Shown: positions 1 through 14,300 of the stretch, one piece after another
Position numbering within the stretch: the stretch's first letter is position 1
How the letters are laid out: every line of letters begins with the position of its first letter
From: Blasia pusilla
Taxonomy: Eukaryota
DNA length: 64,000 bases
NCBI GenBank assembly: GCA_050084515.1
Contig: CM114271.1
Span: forward strand, 7,688,001 to 7,752,000
Reading direction: 5' to 3'
Made by a program: the position numbers and the translations under genes
The notes under the pieces: generated by a model
Databases searched by the model: none
The model's input: the letters and a program-made list of their open reading frames with translations, nothing else
Told to the model about the DNA's origin: nothing

Positions 1-3000
1 ATTGGCATCGATATCATATGGAGGAGCAAAGACATGGAGGATCTTGGTTGGATGTGTGGGGCTACACAAATAGAGGAAACTCATGTCATTACTCGTGGAA
101 TAGCTATAGAGTTGGATCCGCGGCGAGGGAAAGCCAGGAAACAAACCAGGCTTCCTTAGTCTTTCACGTTGTTTGAGGCGATAAGGACCGCATCGATGGG
201 TCCTAATCAGAGTTCTCGAAGAGTTTATGTATGTTGTTGGTGTGTAGGCATGGAGGTCGATGGGAGAAGCAAGCGCAACCACTTCTATTGGGGATGCTCA
301 AGTGGAGCATGTGTCGAGTACATTGTTGGGGGTGTCCACTGCAATATACCACGCCCCATGGTTTTTTTCTTTTGATATTACAACATTGGGAGGTACACCC
401 GTCGAGGTTTTCCACTTGGTTGCTGCGCTATGTGACCATGGAGTTGGTATTCTTGCATCACGTTCAGAGATGATTGCAAAGGAGGCAATGGACTTGCCCT
501 TGGAGCCTATGCTCGGGCATTCCACCTCATATTCATGGAAGTTTACGGTTGCTAGGATGGCGGAGATGCTTGCTGGATCCGCGATAGAGTGTGCCATGGT
601 TTTGATAGATGTTGTTTTGCTAGATAAGCAAGGAGAGCTATTCTATTTTGTGAGTATAGAAGGTAGAGTGTTTTGTTCGCAACGCGTCTTGTTGGATTTA
701 GGAGCGCAACCCCTGATGTTGGAGAAGGCGGCATTTACAGGATTATGCCTGACAAGGGCCAATACGGAGTGTTTTCCATTCGGGATACATACATCCTTGG
801 GCGGAGCAAGTATGATGTAGTTTACCACCTGACATGAGGTCATGGTAAGGATTTTCTAGGGACATCCGTCAGATGCATCCGTGGTGCGAGCCAAGGTGAT
901 AGTCACCAATGTCGAGTCCTATGAGTCCTTGTTGGAGGAGCAATGTTGTACCGGATGGGATTTTCCTTGGATTATTGAGAGGAATCAACATCCTATAGAC
1001 CAAGATGGTAGTCAAGTGATAGGCGACTTAGTTTATTACCTGTTGGATTCACCGATGGAGTGATCGAGCGATGACTAGGCGAGATGGCAACGTTAGCAGC
1101 ATTCAATAGCGCAATCACTTGGCGTGATGATTTGATTGAGGGGCATATCCATGCAAAGGAAACACCCGCGCCTGAAACTTCTACATAGAGGAGAGTTATG
1201 GTAGCCACATCATTCCCTGGAGGAGAGGTGTCGTTGTGGAGCTCAAGTGAGGAGCTTCGACCCTTGGCCGATGAGCACTTGCAGACAACGTGGAGCCAGA
1301 TATTTGCAACAGAGCATGATGGGTCAGACAAGCCCAAGGTAGCCAGGAGTGCTACTATGACATCCTTAGACACCACACCCATTGTGTGGTGCATCCCAGA
1401 GGAGGATATTCAAGTGTTGGATCTCTTTGGAGGGATCAGCAGCTCGTTGGCTACTATTTTGCACGCAAGAGTGCGCGTACAACAATATTTGTATATTGAA
1501 ATTGATGAGATTTTGAGGCGTGTTTCACTACAACATATGACGCAATTACGCCTCCGTTTTCTTGACTTGTTGTCTACGTCAACCGTATAGGGATACCAAA
1601 GTTCCCTACCGAGGGACATTTCATTATTGGGATTGCAAGACTTGGAGCGGGTATGGACCATTGATTTGGTCATTGCTTGTTGGCCATGCCAGGGCCAGTC
1701 GAGTGTTGGACAAGGTAGTGGATTGGCTGACGCTTGTTCTAGGTTCTTTTGGGAGATGAGGAGGATTTTGTGAAATTTTCAAGAGCATCTATCCGGTTCT
1801 CCAACTTACATCCTAGAGAATGTGATGATTTTGGGTCAGGCGATAGAACGGAACTGCTTGACCTGGATCATTAACTTAGGAGTAGTTGAGTAGCATCGGA
1901 TAAGGTTGCAATAGGTCACAGTTGCTGCATGGTTGAGTCCCATGCTTACCGAGATGGTTGAGGTAGTGGTTGCGGGCGAGATCCGAGGAGATCGACATAC
2001 CAAGGGTGATTAGGAGAGACACACTTGGACTTCTTAGGATGTGTTGGAGGTACGCCGGGAGATGGCAGCCAAAGCAGTGAGTGTGGTTCATTGTCCTACA
2101 CATGGAGGAGATGAGAGTTTGTAGTTGGCTTCAGGAGAGCAATCGAGTTATGTGGTCCGAGATGGGGTTGCACCATAGCAACCACTGATACCCGCGCCTG
2201 AGAGTCCTACTGTAGTCACGATGGAGACTTGGGAGCCAGTTATAGGCCCTAGATGTTATATATTTGGTAATCCCTTTACCATCATCATTGATTATTAACC
2301 ACTTAAGTGGTTGATGGAATCTGAAAAACTTACAAAGAAGCTTGCGAGGTGGGCTCTGTTGTTGCCGGGGTATGATTTCCACGTGGCACATAGATCTAGG
2401 ACGCTTAACTAGGATGCAAATGGTTTGGGCCATAACCCATGTGCGAGTCAGCAAGATGAGACTGGAGTTTGTTGGCATGGAGAGAGTAATGAGGAGTTAG
2501 TTCCTGGATGGCACGCGTCAGCCTATTTGGACTTGTTGGCTATGGAGAGCCAGAGTGTTGACACTTCGATGGCGAGGTCTGATGGACAATCCTGAGATCC
2601 AAAGGCCGGTAAGGAGGCGACAGATAGATGAGATATTCCCGAGGATGGAGTAGTCTTGGAATACCTACGCATTGGCAACATTTTGAGCACAGTGGGTACT
2701 AGAGAGCAGGATCGGATCCTACAATGAGCCAGACGGTTTCGATAGGAGGGGACGCACATATTACGAGTTTGGGAGGAATGAAAGAGTACGTGTAGTGCCT
2801 CATCCTTCGCAGAGAGCATGTTTGGTGCAGCATGCTCGCAAGGAGTTGGGTCATTTTGGAGTAAACTGGACACACACCATACATCAGGCAACAAACTAGT
2901 GAATTGACGTTCAATAGTTTGTTGCCATATGCATGGTTTGTGATCAAGTCTATGCATCGTTTAATGCTCACACTCCACAGTTGCATCCACTTCTGATCAT

Positions 3001-4151
3001 GGGTTTAGGTTATAGATGGAGTTTGAATTCTATAAGATCTTTACCTTTGACAGAGCACCATAGTCGTTATGTGTTGGTGATGGTCAAATACTTCTCATAG
3101 TTGATAGAGTTGGTTGCATTACCTGACAAACCAAGGTAGGGAGTAGTGTATGCCTTGCTAGATCGAGTGTTGAGTCTTTATGGCGCACCAGATGAGGTGT
3201 TGACAGAATAGGATACGAAGTTTCGTAGGGAGTTTCAGGCCTTGTGTGACCATACGTTGATTGACTACCGCACCACTTTGCAAGATCATCTTGAGGCAGA
3301 TGGACTAGCTAAAAGGGTTGTGCATGTGATGAAGAAAGATTTATGCAAGTATGGCTTGTAGAGAGATCACCTAGGAGATTGGGACCTCCAGTTGCCATGG
3401 TTGGCGATGGGATACAGATTCAACAAACACACATCCTTAGTGCCTTTCTCACCGTATCTTTTGTTTTATGGCCGAAAGCGGGATTTACCTACGGCCATTC
3501 ATCAAGATTTTTATGAGGTATTAAACCTCAATGACCCTGATGTATGTATGTGAGCATGTTCTCAAAAAGCTAAGTTGTTTCAAACAGTGATGCCCATGGC
3601 ATTTGAGAACTTGGCGATTGCGCAACATCGGGATACATTGAGGTATGCGACTATTCAGGAAGGTGATTATTGACCAACTATCCGAATGTTTCATCACGGA
3701 GATTATGTCTACTTGCGAGAGACGTACCCACGACGTTGGATGTGACTGTAAGTCGCACTATCTTGAGAGTGCGTGATGTTTTGCCATTTCGTGTTTTCTT
3801 ATTTGAAGGACACGATAGTATGGTTTGGAAGGACCATGTTCGTAACTTTGCATCATGTTATCTTCCTATCATTGACAGTAAACTTGATCTTAACTTAGCA
3901 ATAGTTTGTGATGTATATTGACAATGTGTGATTCCTCCCGTGGTGAATCCACTTTGCTAGTCTATGATGGATATTTAAAGGATGGTATATGACATGTCTC
4001 ACAACACCTCTCACTAGGGTCCTTCACAGACGATAGATGTGCCCCAGATGTACATAGACTATGTAGTTATAAATTTCAACTTATATCTATGGCATGGATG
4101 ATAAGAAGACGACTAACAATGGGGTCACGTGAACACTCGACCTTTTTGCTC
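1..4151 (+). mobile_element. Copy A: degenerate Gypsy-DNMT-PHD retrotransposon fragment (end of gag, protease, DNMT, RNaseH part, integrase, decayed PHD); RT deleted
   Basis: Protease VLLDLGAQPLML ~686-720; DNMT VLDLFGGI ~1415, CWPCQGQS ~1680, YILENV ~1810; integrase remnants ~2800-3900. 4030-4151 matches the reverse complement of 30690-30815. Many stops; no terminal repeat visible. Confidence 0.88.
1405..1870 (+). pseudogene. C5 cytosine methyltransferase domain (copy A), with stops and internal deletion of motifs VIII-IX
   Basis: IQVLDLFGGISS (motif I), TIDLVIACWPCQG (IV), YILENV (VI) joined directly to LGQAIE (X). Confidence 0.85.
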
Positions 4152-5375
4152 CATAATATAGAATGGCTACTAAATCCTAATGTTTCATCATTCGAGGCCT
4201 CGATGGTCACCACTACCAAACCCAGTTCACCTTTCTAGAGCCTTCTACTCACAACTGCTAAGAGGACATAAAAAATACAACCAAGACAATTGAAATGGAG
4301 AAAGAAAGCTTCAAGCAATGGACTGCTAGGTCTACTTTAGCCTCCACTTCAAATATATGTACTTCCAACCATGAAACACGAATGTTTACCTAGTTTCATA
4401 GACGTACTTCTATGACTTGGACTACTTCAGGTAAATTTGAAACTACCAAATCAAAGTTGACCCTCAATGTTGAAGGTGAGTACAAAAACCTCTCATTTCA
4501 GATACTCCGACTGGCCTTCAGGGTTTAATCTTAACTACTCTGCAGTGCGGAATGGAGAGTACTGATGGTAAAATTCAGGCCAACGGAAGTCATGAGTGAG
4601 TGAGTTCTCAGGTACCATATGACACCACCATACCAACCACTCTACTGCAGGTGAAGAGTAAATGGCAAGTCGTACTCATGAGGCAGCTTTTGAAGATCTT
4701 GTACCAGCTCACCACCCAAAACTGCATGCTGAATGACCTCAAGTTCCTTCCCACGGAAAAGATAAATGATGACCTTTATATTAGACAAGTAAAGACCATC
4801 ACAATGGACATTCAATCAACAAAGTCGCCTTGGTGATTGTCATATCATTCGCAGTTTCGTGACATGTCTCCTTGAAAAGCTTACTGCCTACAGGTTCCTC
4901 ACAAAAGATGTGTGACCAAGGCTATAGCTAGCTGCGACTGGTTCAGCCCCTTCTGTGATGATTGACGTGGGAGTAGGAAAGCTCAAATAACTAACTAGTC
5001 TAGTACATGCTCATCCACCCACCACCAACTCCGACACCGATTATTTCACTCAATAATGGACAAAAGTATGGAAATGCGTGCATCACCAAGCCCATCCCCC
5101 CTGAATTTCTTGAAGGCACCGCTATGCTTGGATGACAGGGCCGGGAAAAAATCAGAACAAATGAGAGCATGAGCTTGGCTCTCCCAGAGGCAGTCATAAC
5201 CTTCCAACCCGTGAGAAGTAGCCGGCTCATGTGCTCCGATGGAAGATATAGCTACTGCTAGACAATGCTTCCTAAAGAGCAGCTCTGATACAACCTGTGG
5301 ATCATTAGGCCCCATAACGATTACAAAGTTTCTACATCTAACATATTTCTATCCACACCTGGAAACCATTTTTTC

Positions 5376-8300
5376 CTATAGATGATCTTGCGCCAACGAC
5401 TGGTCATAGTCACTGCGCCAGTAATTAACATCATTAAAGCTTGGGTTCCCGTCGACATCCTTAGTTCTGGGATTGAAGCCATCATCCTTAGAATTTTCAT
5501 GTGGCTGGATGGGAGCAGCTTCGCCCACAATTCCCTCTTTAATAGCCTTCTCCATCGCCTTGGCTGTCCCCTCTGCTTCCACCCCAATAAGTGGTGGGCC
5601 ACCAAACAAAGGAGTGGCTACTTCAACCACAGCATCTTGATGATTATCCGTATGCAATGTGGGCAGAGTGTCTGATACTGGGTCTTCATCAGGCTCATCA
5701 ACAACTTCAACTTGTACTGCACCCGGTTCTGAAGGAGGAAGGAAATCAACTTCTGAGCCCTCTTCCTCTGCTGTATGGGCTTCAAACACATCACTCTCCC
5801 CAAAAAGGTCCCGACCAGATGTTCCTTCCGAATCTGTGTTTTGTCTTAAACCTTCCCAATCGACAGTTCTCTCACCACGATCAAACAAAAACAAGTTGTC
5901 GGACAATCCGAATTTCTCCAGTTCAGTGGATATATCCTCCACTGATGTGATACTAGACTCCCTGGTAGAGTCTAAAACGGTATGTCCATTCTCAACTCGT
6001 GCTTCAAAACTAGGTCCCACAGCTCCTGGTGCATTCGCAGAAGTTGCAGTATCCACCAATTCCTCATCTTCGCCAACAACCACGTCATCATCACTGCTGC
6101 TCCCGCCACTGCTATTTGGTGGTGAAACAGCATTAGTGACTTGCTCATCTTCAATCCTTGGAGGTGGTGGGGATATCAGAAAATTGGGCAAGGGTTGTTT
6201 AGACCTATTGTCATCTTGAAAAGCAAACCAGTTTTTGTTGCCAAACATACTGTCTTTAGAACGAGCACTGCAGCAAGAGAACCCCAACCCAACCCCAACC
6301 CCCGCCGGGCCCAAAATCCCATTAGAACCTGATCGATTCAAAGCAGCAACTACCCTACTTCATTAGCAGATTGTTTAGCACAGATTGGAATTACCATGTA
6401 CAGGTGGCCCTCTCAAGTCCCGGATTCTAATCAATGTAGGTTTTATGGGTACACCTCAGTTCCGTAAACATTCCCTACCTCTTCAAAGAAATGGCCTATC
6501 TGAGGAAAATCCCATCCACCTTGCAAAATCTTACACTGGCAGAGATCACTACCAGAGCAAAGGTATTGGACAAGAACTGAATAGTCATTTACATGTACAG
6601 ATCCATGGACATTATGGACTAGTTATCCACACATGAGATTATGGACTCAGCGGAAGTGCAAAATACCTGTCCTGTTCATCATTTAAGCGCAATGAGGAGA
6701 TGACAACTTCGGCTGATTCATCATCAAAATAAACTTCCTGAAACCGCCGCAATGCATTTAGCAGATTACGACAGTAATCCAAGTGGCCTCAGGCAGTTGA
6801 CATTACTACCGTACCATGACAATCCTTCCTTTGGACCTAAGCTCCATTAACATTTTTCAAACTCATACAATCGGTCACACCATGTTTAACCACTATTACA
6901 CTCAAAACTTTCAATTGTGCACCTTGCCCATTTGTACAAAAAAGTATACTGATAAACAGAAGCTGGGGGAATGATAAGCAGGAAAAGTTGCACCACCTCA
7001 TCTCTTTCAAGGGAAGCATGTCCCTGCCATCCAGACAACAAAACTCAAGTTAGACATGCGCACTGGCTAGGGACACCGGATTCTCAGAAAAACTAACCAC
7101 TGAAGCCACTCCAATGAAGTCCAGATTTGAACCCATTTAGAAGCTCAACGAAATTTTAGATTTCCTTACAAATAAAACCCCATACTTGGTCTTCCTAATC
7201 CATTCCAGAAACTCCACACTACACAAGAAAAGTTAAACATTGTCCAGTGAGCTTACATACCTCATCACCATCCTCATTGTCAAACATTCCGTATCGATAT
7301 ACTTCTCCTGTCAGATTCCTTGCCATGGCTGAAATATCATAATCTCTTTCACGGAAGTCATCTTCGTCACTGTCCACAGGGCGCTCCTGTACAGCTGTTG
7401 GACGCCTGCATAAACTTGGAACTAAATATTAAAAACGTTTTCTTAGAAAAAAACAACAAAACTTGTAACCTTCACAAAATGGCAACGACTGATTCACATT
7501 ATGACTCCACACAAAGAACCAGAAAGGAGTTCTTAATCTCAGGAATATAATACATGCAGAACAATGAAATGCTCTCAGAATCATTGAAGCTGAGCTTTGA
7601 TCAGGACTACAACATCCATTCTTGAGAAATAAAATCGTCTCCAGAATTACTCCAACAAGTACAGTGCTTGCATAGGAAAAAAACAAAGCATATAGCCACG
7701 ATTGAGCAGATGAATGCTCTGGGATTTACATTGTCCCTCAAGAAAACTAACCACTATATATTATGAGATGGCAAGACACTTGGCAACAGAGATTCCAAGA
7801 CTCAAAGGAAGGAAGTCCTGGCAAGAGATCTTTAACTCATGAATATACTATATGCAAAAGGATGAGGTGTGCTCTTGATTGCTGAAGGAAATCTTAGATG
7901 AGGACCACAACATAGACTGAAATCCAGACATAAATTTCACAATCTCCTGCCACAACCAATGTCTTCCTCTTTAAATGCTTTCAGGGCTTGTTTCTGAAAG
8001 TCGTATAACTCCAAGAGTTGAGTGACCTTACCCGCATGTCCATTGATGGACGTTCTCTAGAACGTTACGATTTTGAAGAACGGTAGTCTGCCACTCATTC
8101 CATCTGGGATGGGCCTGTAACCAATCCGGACGAACGGTGTCATAACGAATTAGATTACCAAGGATTGCCAAGGAACCGACCCGCAATCGCCCACATCATT
8201 TCCTAAATGGACACTAGCCACTCTTGTCCATATGTTTGGCACATGATATCTTTCCATGGCCAGTTCCTACACAAATAAATGTCAGACCATATCATCCAAT

Positions 8301-11300
8301 TAAAAATGTTCCAAATATGCTACCATGAAAGAAGAGTGAAGTGAAAACGATAAGTCTGTGCAATAGACAAAAGTGCAGCTGTAACTACAGCAATTAATTT
8401 GTCCAACTTCGTATATTCTTACAATTGTGAGACGAACAGGTGAACAGTGTATCAACCTCATTTCCGTACATTCTAAAGTCTTATAGAAGAAAATCAGAAA
8501 ACTCTGTCTATAACAACTAGCCCAGTTCCTCAAAACAAACAATTTGACTTGAGGTAAATTTAGAGAAACCCAAGAACAGGCAGCCCTCCAGAAGAATATT
8601 CGTTGACTGTAAATGGTGGCTTGCACACAAGGAAATACTCAAAGCTGCAAGGACCCACTGCGGATTGACCTTGATTTCTCTTCCAACTCAACTCTACAAC
8701 TAAGATCAGAGTCTCATACAAACAAAATCCATTTGAAAATGGGCTGAATTGAGAGGAAAATAGAGACCTGAAGATGATTCTGTATTAGAGGATTGGTGCT
8801 CCCAGCATGCGCTATTTTATTGGCAAGTCTTGTAAGATGTCCCATATTGCCTATCCTTGGAGGTGTTCTGTTGGTGGGAGCCCTTGGCTTCTCACATTCA
8901 AAAATACAGTATGTCAGTTGGGTCTTATTTTGAAACATAGAGAATAACTTCTTGACAGGACACCTCAGTATGTCATCAAGATTTTCCCATTGCTCGATAA
9001 TGGCCAAAACTATTCTCTCGGAAGAAATTATTGGTGAATCAATTCAAATTTGGCCATGACTAAATAATTAGGAATATTGGTCTTGTCCAGGCATAGGATG
9101 ACAAAATTTCTCTGTTGGTACCTGACCTACAATATTTAAGAGAATCCAATCCAATCTACCACAAGAAGCAGTCAAGTCCTCTAAGCACAGGTAGTTCCAA
9201 CTCTTTCAAAATGTGAAGTCTCAAACTCAAGAATTATAAAACTACCCCTAAAACACAAGCACATGAGCATGAGAGTGAAACACCCATTTCCAAACAATTG
9301 ATAACTGGGCTGACATCCCCCAAGAGTCTTGACCACATGTCATATCAAGATCCCCCATGGCCGCACAAAGCCAACAATAAATGAAAAGCATTCAACAACC
9401 TCTGGTCGGGTGTCAACAGCATAAGGGTTTGCATCCACAGCAATCAGTCTCGAAATGAAGTCACAATCGACAAAAAGATGGTCAATAAGACCAGGGCTGT
9501 TGCTATCGATGCAAGAACTTAGTATACTCTCCATGTGATGGTGCAACATGTTGTTGAACGGATAACTGCAACCAAATCCACACCTCTCCAAAATCAGGTT
9601 CGAAGATTTTTGCAAAGAAGAAACTCCCAAAGCATAGAATGTACAAGCAGTCTAGATAAGAATTAAGAATGCTACTGATCATCCTTTAAATAAGCCAGGC
9701 AATAGCTTTCTATTAAACAAAACAAACAAAAAAGCGTATTGAAGGTAGACTAGACTTATCTTCATGTGATACAAAACAACAAATTGAGCAGAACCAGAAG
9801 TCCTTCATAAATCAAAAACGTCAGTTTGATCAATTGATCTAGATTCTCAAGTGTCATATTATTTGCAAGAACTCTCTCGGATAGTTCTCAGCATCCAGAC
9901 CACTTCATCTGATAACCAAGGTTAACACTGAAGGCAGTCTACAGAAACAGGGGTCTTACACAACATCATCTGTAATCACAGTGCCATCATCCAAAACTGT
10001 GCATCAGGGCAGGTAATATTCTAGAAGAAGAGAGCGGTGCACCAGGGACATTGACTTACTCAAAGAAGAGGTTCAGAATAATTTGAATTGCATCCAATCG
10101 AACAAGCTCTTGTCTAGCTCCTTCACTATTTGTCCTTAAAAGCACAGCAATGAATTCCACAATCTGGCAATACCAACATTGTTAACCAACACTGTCCAAT
10201 ACATATTCCTTGGTTTGCATGTGACAACATTAGACTCTCCCTCCTTCATAAAGAATGGCTACTGGACCATCTTCTATAGGGTAGCTATGACAAATAAGGT
10301 ATCTGATGCATTCATCCTATCTGAATCTTAAGTTTCTCAAAAAAAAACATTTCATACCCTTTATAAAATGACTCGGTCCCTGCATTTCAGTAATCCTACA
10401 GACAGGCCGTAGCAATCTAACATTCACATTACCAAGTCCCAAAAGCAAGATTAAAAGTAATAAAAATCAGTTAATACCATTGAAAGCATATATGAGGTCT
10501 GCCTACTGAAAAAACATGACTCCACATGTCAATTCAAGCATCTGCACACTGAGCCTGCAGATAAATGCTAGATATAGAGTAGGCTACAGTGAACACACCC
10601 AGAAGCTTTTAAAATCCAAAGCTTCGTGTCTGAGACCTAGTTTGGAACTGCATAAATATATATATTTCAACCCATTTCAATAGATATTCAAATTACCTTC
10701 AATCGATGAATTCCAACAGGAGGTCTCAACTGCCCGTATGTGGTGGGTAAGACCTTATCATCCTCCGATACATCCAGGATTTTGAGCAGGTCCCCTGCAC
10801 AAACAAAGACAAGATGTACTTAATAAAGAAAGGAGACATTTGGCACATTTCAGATAGACCAAAATCGATGAAAGAGGGACTTTTATCAAGGGTTGAAGGT
10901 ACATTTGAAGTTTTGTACTCCGTCCATCCAGGTTTGAAACCCCATCCAAATTTCGTGTGTACCTCAGATGGAGTTCATAAGATTGACCAAGAGTGGCGCT
11001 CACATATAAGCCCGTTTTGACCCTTTAGAGTCTGCACTCATCGGAATTCGCACTGATATTTACATATATATTTCTCCCAACCATGGATGCTTCTAAGCTT
11101 TAACACATCAACCAAATGGCCAAGGTAAAGAAGAAATAAAGATGGAGAAGCTACCACAAAAACGCCAGGCACTTCATCACATTAAGCTGAACACAATCAG
11201 ATGGTTGCAGATGACCACTTCTGTGTACATACTGACTGGATGAACAATTCAAAGCTACAAAACCAGGAAGAATGCCGACACATATGAAATCACATGTGTC

Positions 11301-14300
11301 AAGTCCTCTAAACAGGCAAAACAGAAAACCAAATTGGTAGTCATCCCTCATTCCTATTGGAGGTCAGTTCATGACATTCGTGTTTGTTGGATCAGTAGAA
11401 GAGAGAGGGTGAGGGGCGATGTAAGGTTGCCTATCTATCTTCTCGACCCAACTAATGTCAATCTGACTCAGTAGATCTTGCTATGTGCATTGCATCTATG
11501 AGAAGAAGCAACCATCCCAACCGTAAAGAAGAATGAAAAAGGTTGCGGATAGCGTGCCACAAATGAAGCAAAACTCTGAATGAAGCCCATAACTTATCTG
11601 CTGTACAGGTTAGAACTTGACCACCGACAAGTCACAGTGTTTCTTACCAAGCCTCTGTAGCATCCCTTCCACTGTCTCTGGATTGGCTGTAGGCACAGGC
11701 TCTGTTGGATGCTGGCCACGCATTGCAGCAACAGTGGCTGCTCTCTTTGGGTCTAAGAGAGAAATGCATACTGAAAGAGCATGGATGAGTGTGGACTTTG
11801 AGTTGGGATCTTCAAGAACATGATTGAATAATCTTGCAACGAACCTGTACAACAACGCATTCAACCCCACAGAACTCAAGGAATTGACCACAAATGTAAA
11901 GCACTGTAGTTTAATAAATGCTTAAGAACCAATCAATTAATCTTACCTCCAAACCAATCAACCTTCAGAGCCTACGGACATCCAACTACAGACCCAAATT
12001 AATGAGTCAGTTCCTAGATATGGTAGCGGAACGAACATTGGACTTGCAAGTTTAGAAGCAAGGGCTGATGGAGTGATTCGCGTTACTGCTGACAAGGTCT
12101 CTGCAGCATTGGCATGTACTTCTGAAGAGTGCTGCACACAGTAAACCAGGGAGTGAGTCCTCCTTTTGGCAGTTGCAACACACCTTTATCCCACCATTTG
12201 CTGTTAAACAAACAAACACCCTAATATTAATCAACCTTCAGAAGCTTGATGCAAAGGAAGTTCTATCTTTAGCAAACCTTCCCAGTCTGAGTCATTATTC
12301 TGCTTCTGCTTGTGCAGATTCCCAAGTCAAAGGTTCCAGATCTATGACATCAAACAGTGTTGAGCTAGGGACGAGTATTTACCGGAGGACTAAGCTTATC
12401 AACAAGCATCTCAAGTAGATCAGTGTCTGCCAGCCATTGAAGTGCTTCAGCATGGAACGCATATATATGCTCATCAGCTCCTACAAGCCTCACCAGTACC
12501 TGACAGCACAGCATGCCAAGATAAACTTCAGATGTAAGACACAGCAACAATTAATACCCAATACCCAATCCCAATTTAAATATACCTGTAGACGACCCAA
12601 TGTAATGGTAGGAACTCAAGTAAGAGGAGGGACAAACCTCCATGATTGACGTTATCCCGATCAGGTCAACCAGCTTTTTGAGAATCTCTTGATGGGACTG
12701 CATGAAAGGCACAAGAATGATCAGCAACCAGACAGACAATTGTTCATCAACCACAAATCAGTAGGACTTGTAGGTTCAGCTATGCCCATGAATGAAACAG
12801 TCGTCTCGGTCACACAGTTCTCACCACTGACTACAAAAACCTGAGACTCATCTTAGCCTACTCACGTGAAGCATGACACTTCCTTAAAAACAACACTTTA
12901 GGAAAAGACAACTGGTAAAGTTACTGACCCGTAAATAGCGCATCACAAGGACTGTCTTTCTAAGCAATAAGCAGATGACAACCTGGGAAAGAAGAAACAC
13001 AGAAGACACCAAAATCGTCAGTGTGATAACATACTGAATGTAAGAAAACCTACTTGTAACACAAGTAAAGCAACATCTATCATCTGCTGGTTTTCCAAAC
13101 AGAAAATCCTTCCACCAGCACACTCTAAAGAGATGAGAAAATGTCTCCAATCAGGCTAGAGTCTTTTCTTTGATCATCACAGCATTCTTCCAGATTTCAC
13201 AGACAGGAAAATCACTGAGAAAAGTTGATGACTTAAGCCATTATTATAGTTCAGAAGAAGAGCAATAATCAAATCCGGGACCAACACCATTGCTTCATTT
13301 GCTATCTTCCACATGTGGTCATGCTAAGAAGATGACGTAACAAGTCCATACCTTACTAAAATATCCAGCCAATAGAGTCCCATGAGGCCTACTAGGATCC
13401 AGGAAGGAGAAAAGCATGTTCATTAGCTGCATCCAACAAAGACAGTCAAAGGCACAAAAGGACTGGTGAGATTTGAGAACCTGTGTAGCCATTACGTTCC
13501 AGAGGATAGAAACATCTCCTGAACATCCCAGAAATTTTTCAAAGATTTTTCTGACTCTGCATCATACAATGATTTCTAAACAAGAAGATGATGAAGAATG
13601 TAGAGATTATCTTACTTACAACGAAAAGATAGATGTCCAACTAACCAAAAATTAGCTATGAGGGACAGGCAACCACAGCTTCCATTGAAGAATTGGCAAA
13701 GGCTACAAATACCTCTTCATCTTCACCAAGGGTCTTAAAGATTACATCAATCTCACATGTGAAGACCTCACATGCAATGAAAGGAAATCTGTGCAAAATA
13801 AAGTAACCAATCACCAGACAAAGAACAGTTAGGTAGTCTTCGAATAATATAACACTGAAGGCCTCATCACATGTAGGTTTTATCTAGCTGTTACAAAGCC
13901 TTGCATTTGATTTCATAATCCCATACCAGTGAAAGAACACAGCTTTAGACATTCCAAATTCCTCAAAACTGGTAGATAACCGTTCCTATTTATACTCAGA
14001 TACACTTACTTGAAAGCCCTCTTGTTCTCAGCTCCCTCGGGTGGATCCTCTATTACATAGCGAAGCATTTGCTGGACTTGTCCCTTCCCTCGAAGGCTGC
14101 AAACAAGATTGGGAAACCATCAGTTGCGATGCATACGAAGGGTTATTTCAGGACAAGAAGTAGGCTACTTCAGGTTTACAGAATGCTGTCCCCGTGGATT
14201 TTCTTTCTGGACTCGGTTAAACATACAGAATTCATTAAAAGAAAGCAATTCGATCACCTGTATACAGATCCATCATTTCCACACCATTCTTGCCGTCTGC

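Noticed and set aside
5659-6219. 186-aa Ser-rich plus-strand ORF
   Set aside because: Antisense shadow of the acidic last SAPS exon.
5376-6341. 321-aa ORF as a stand-alone gene
   Set aside because: It is the terminal SAPS exon (acceptor at 6267) extended into the intron.
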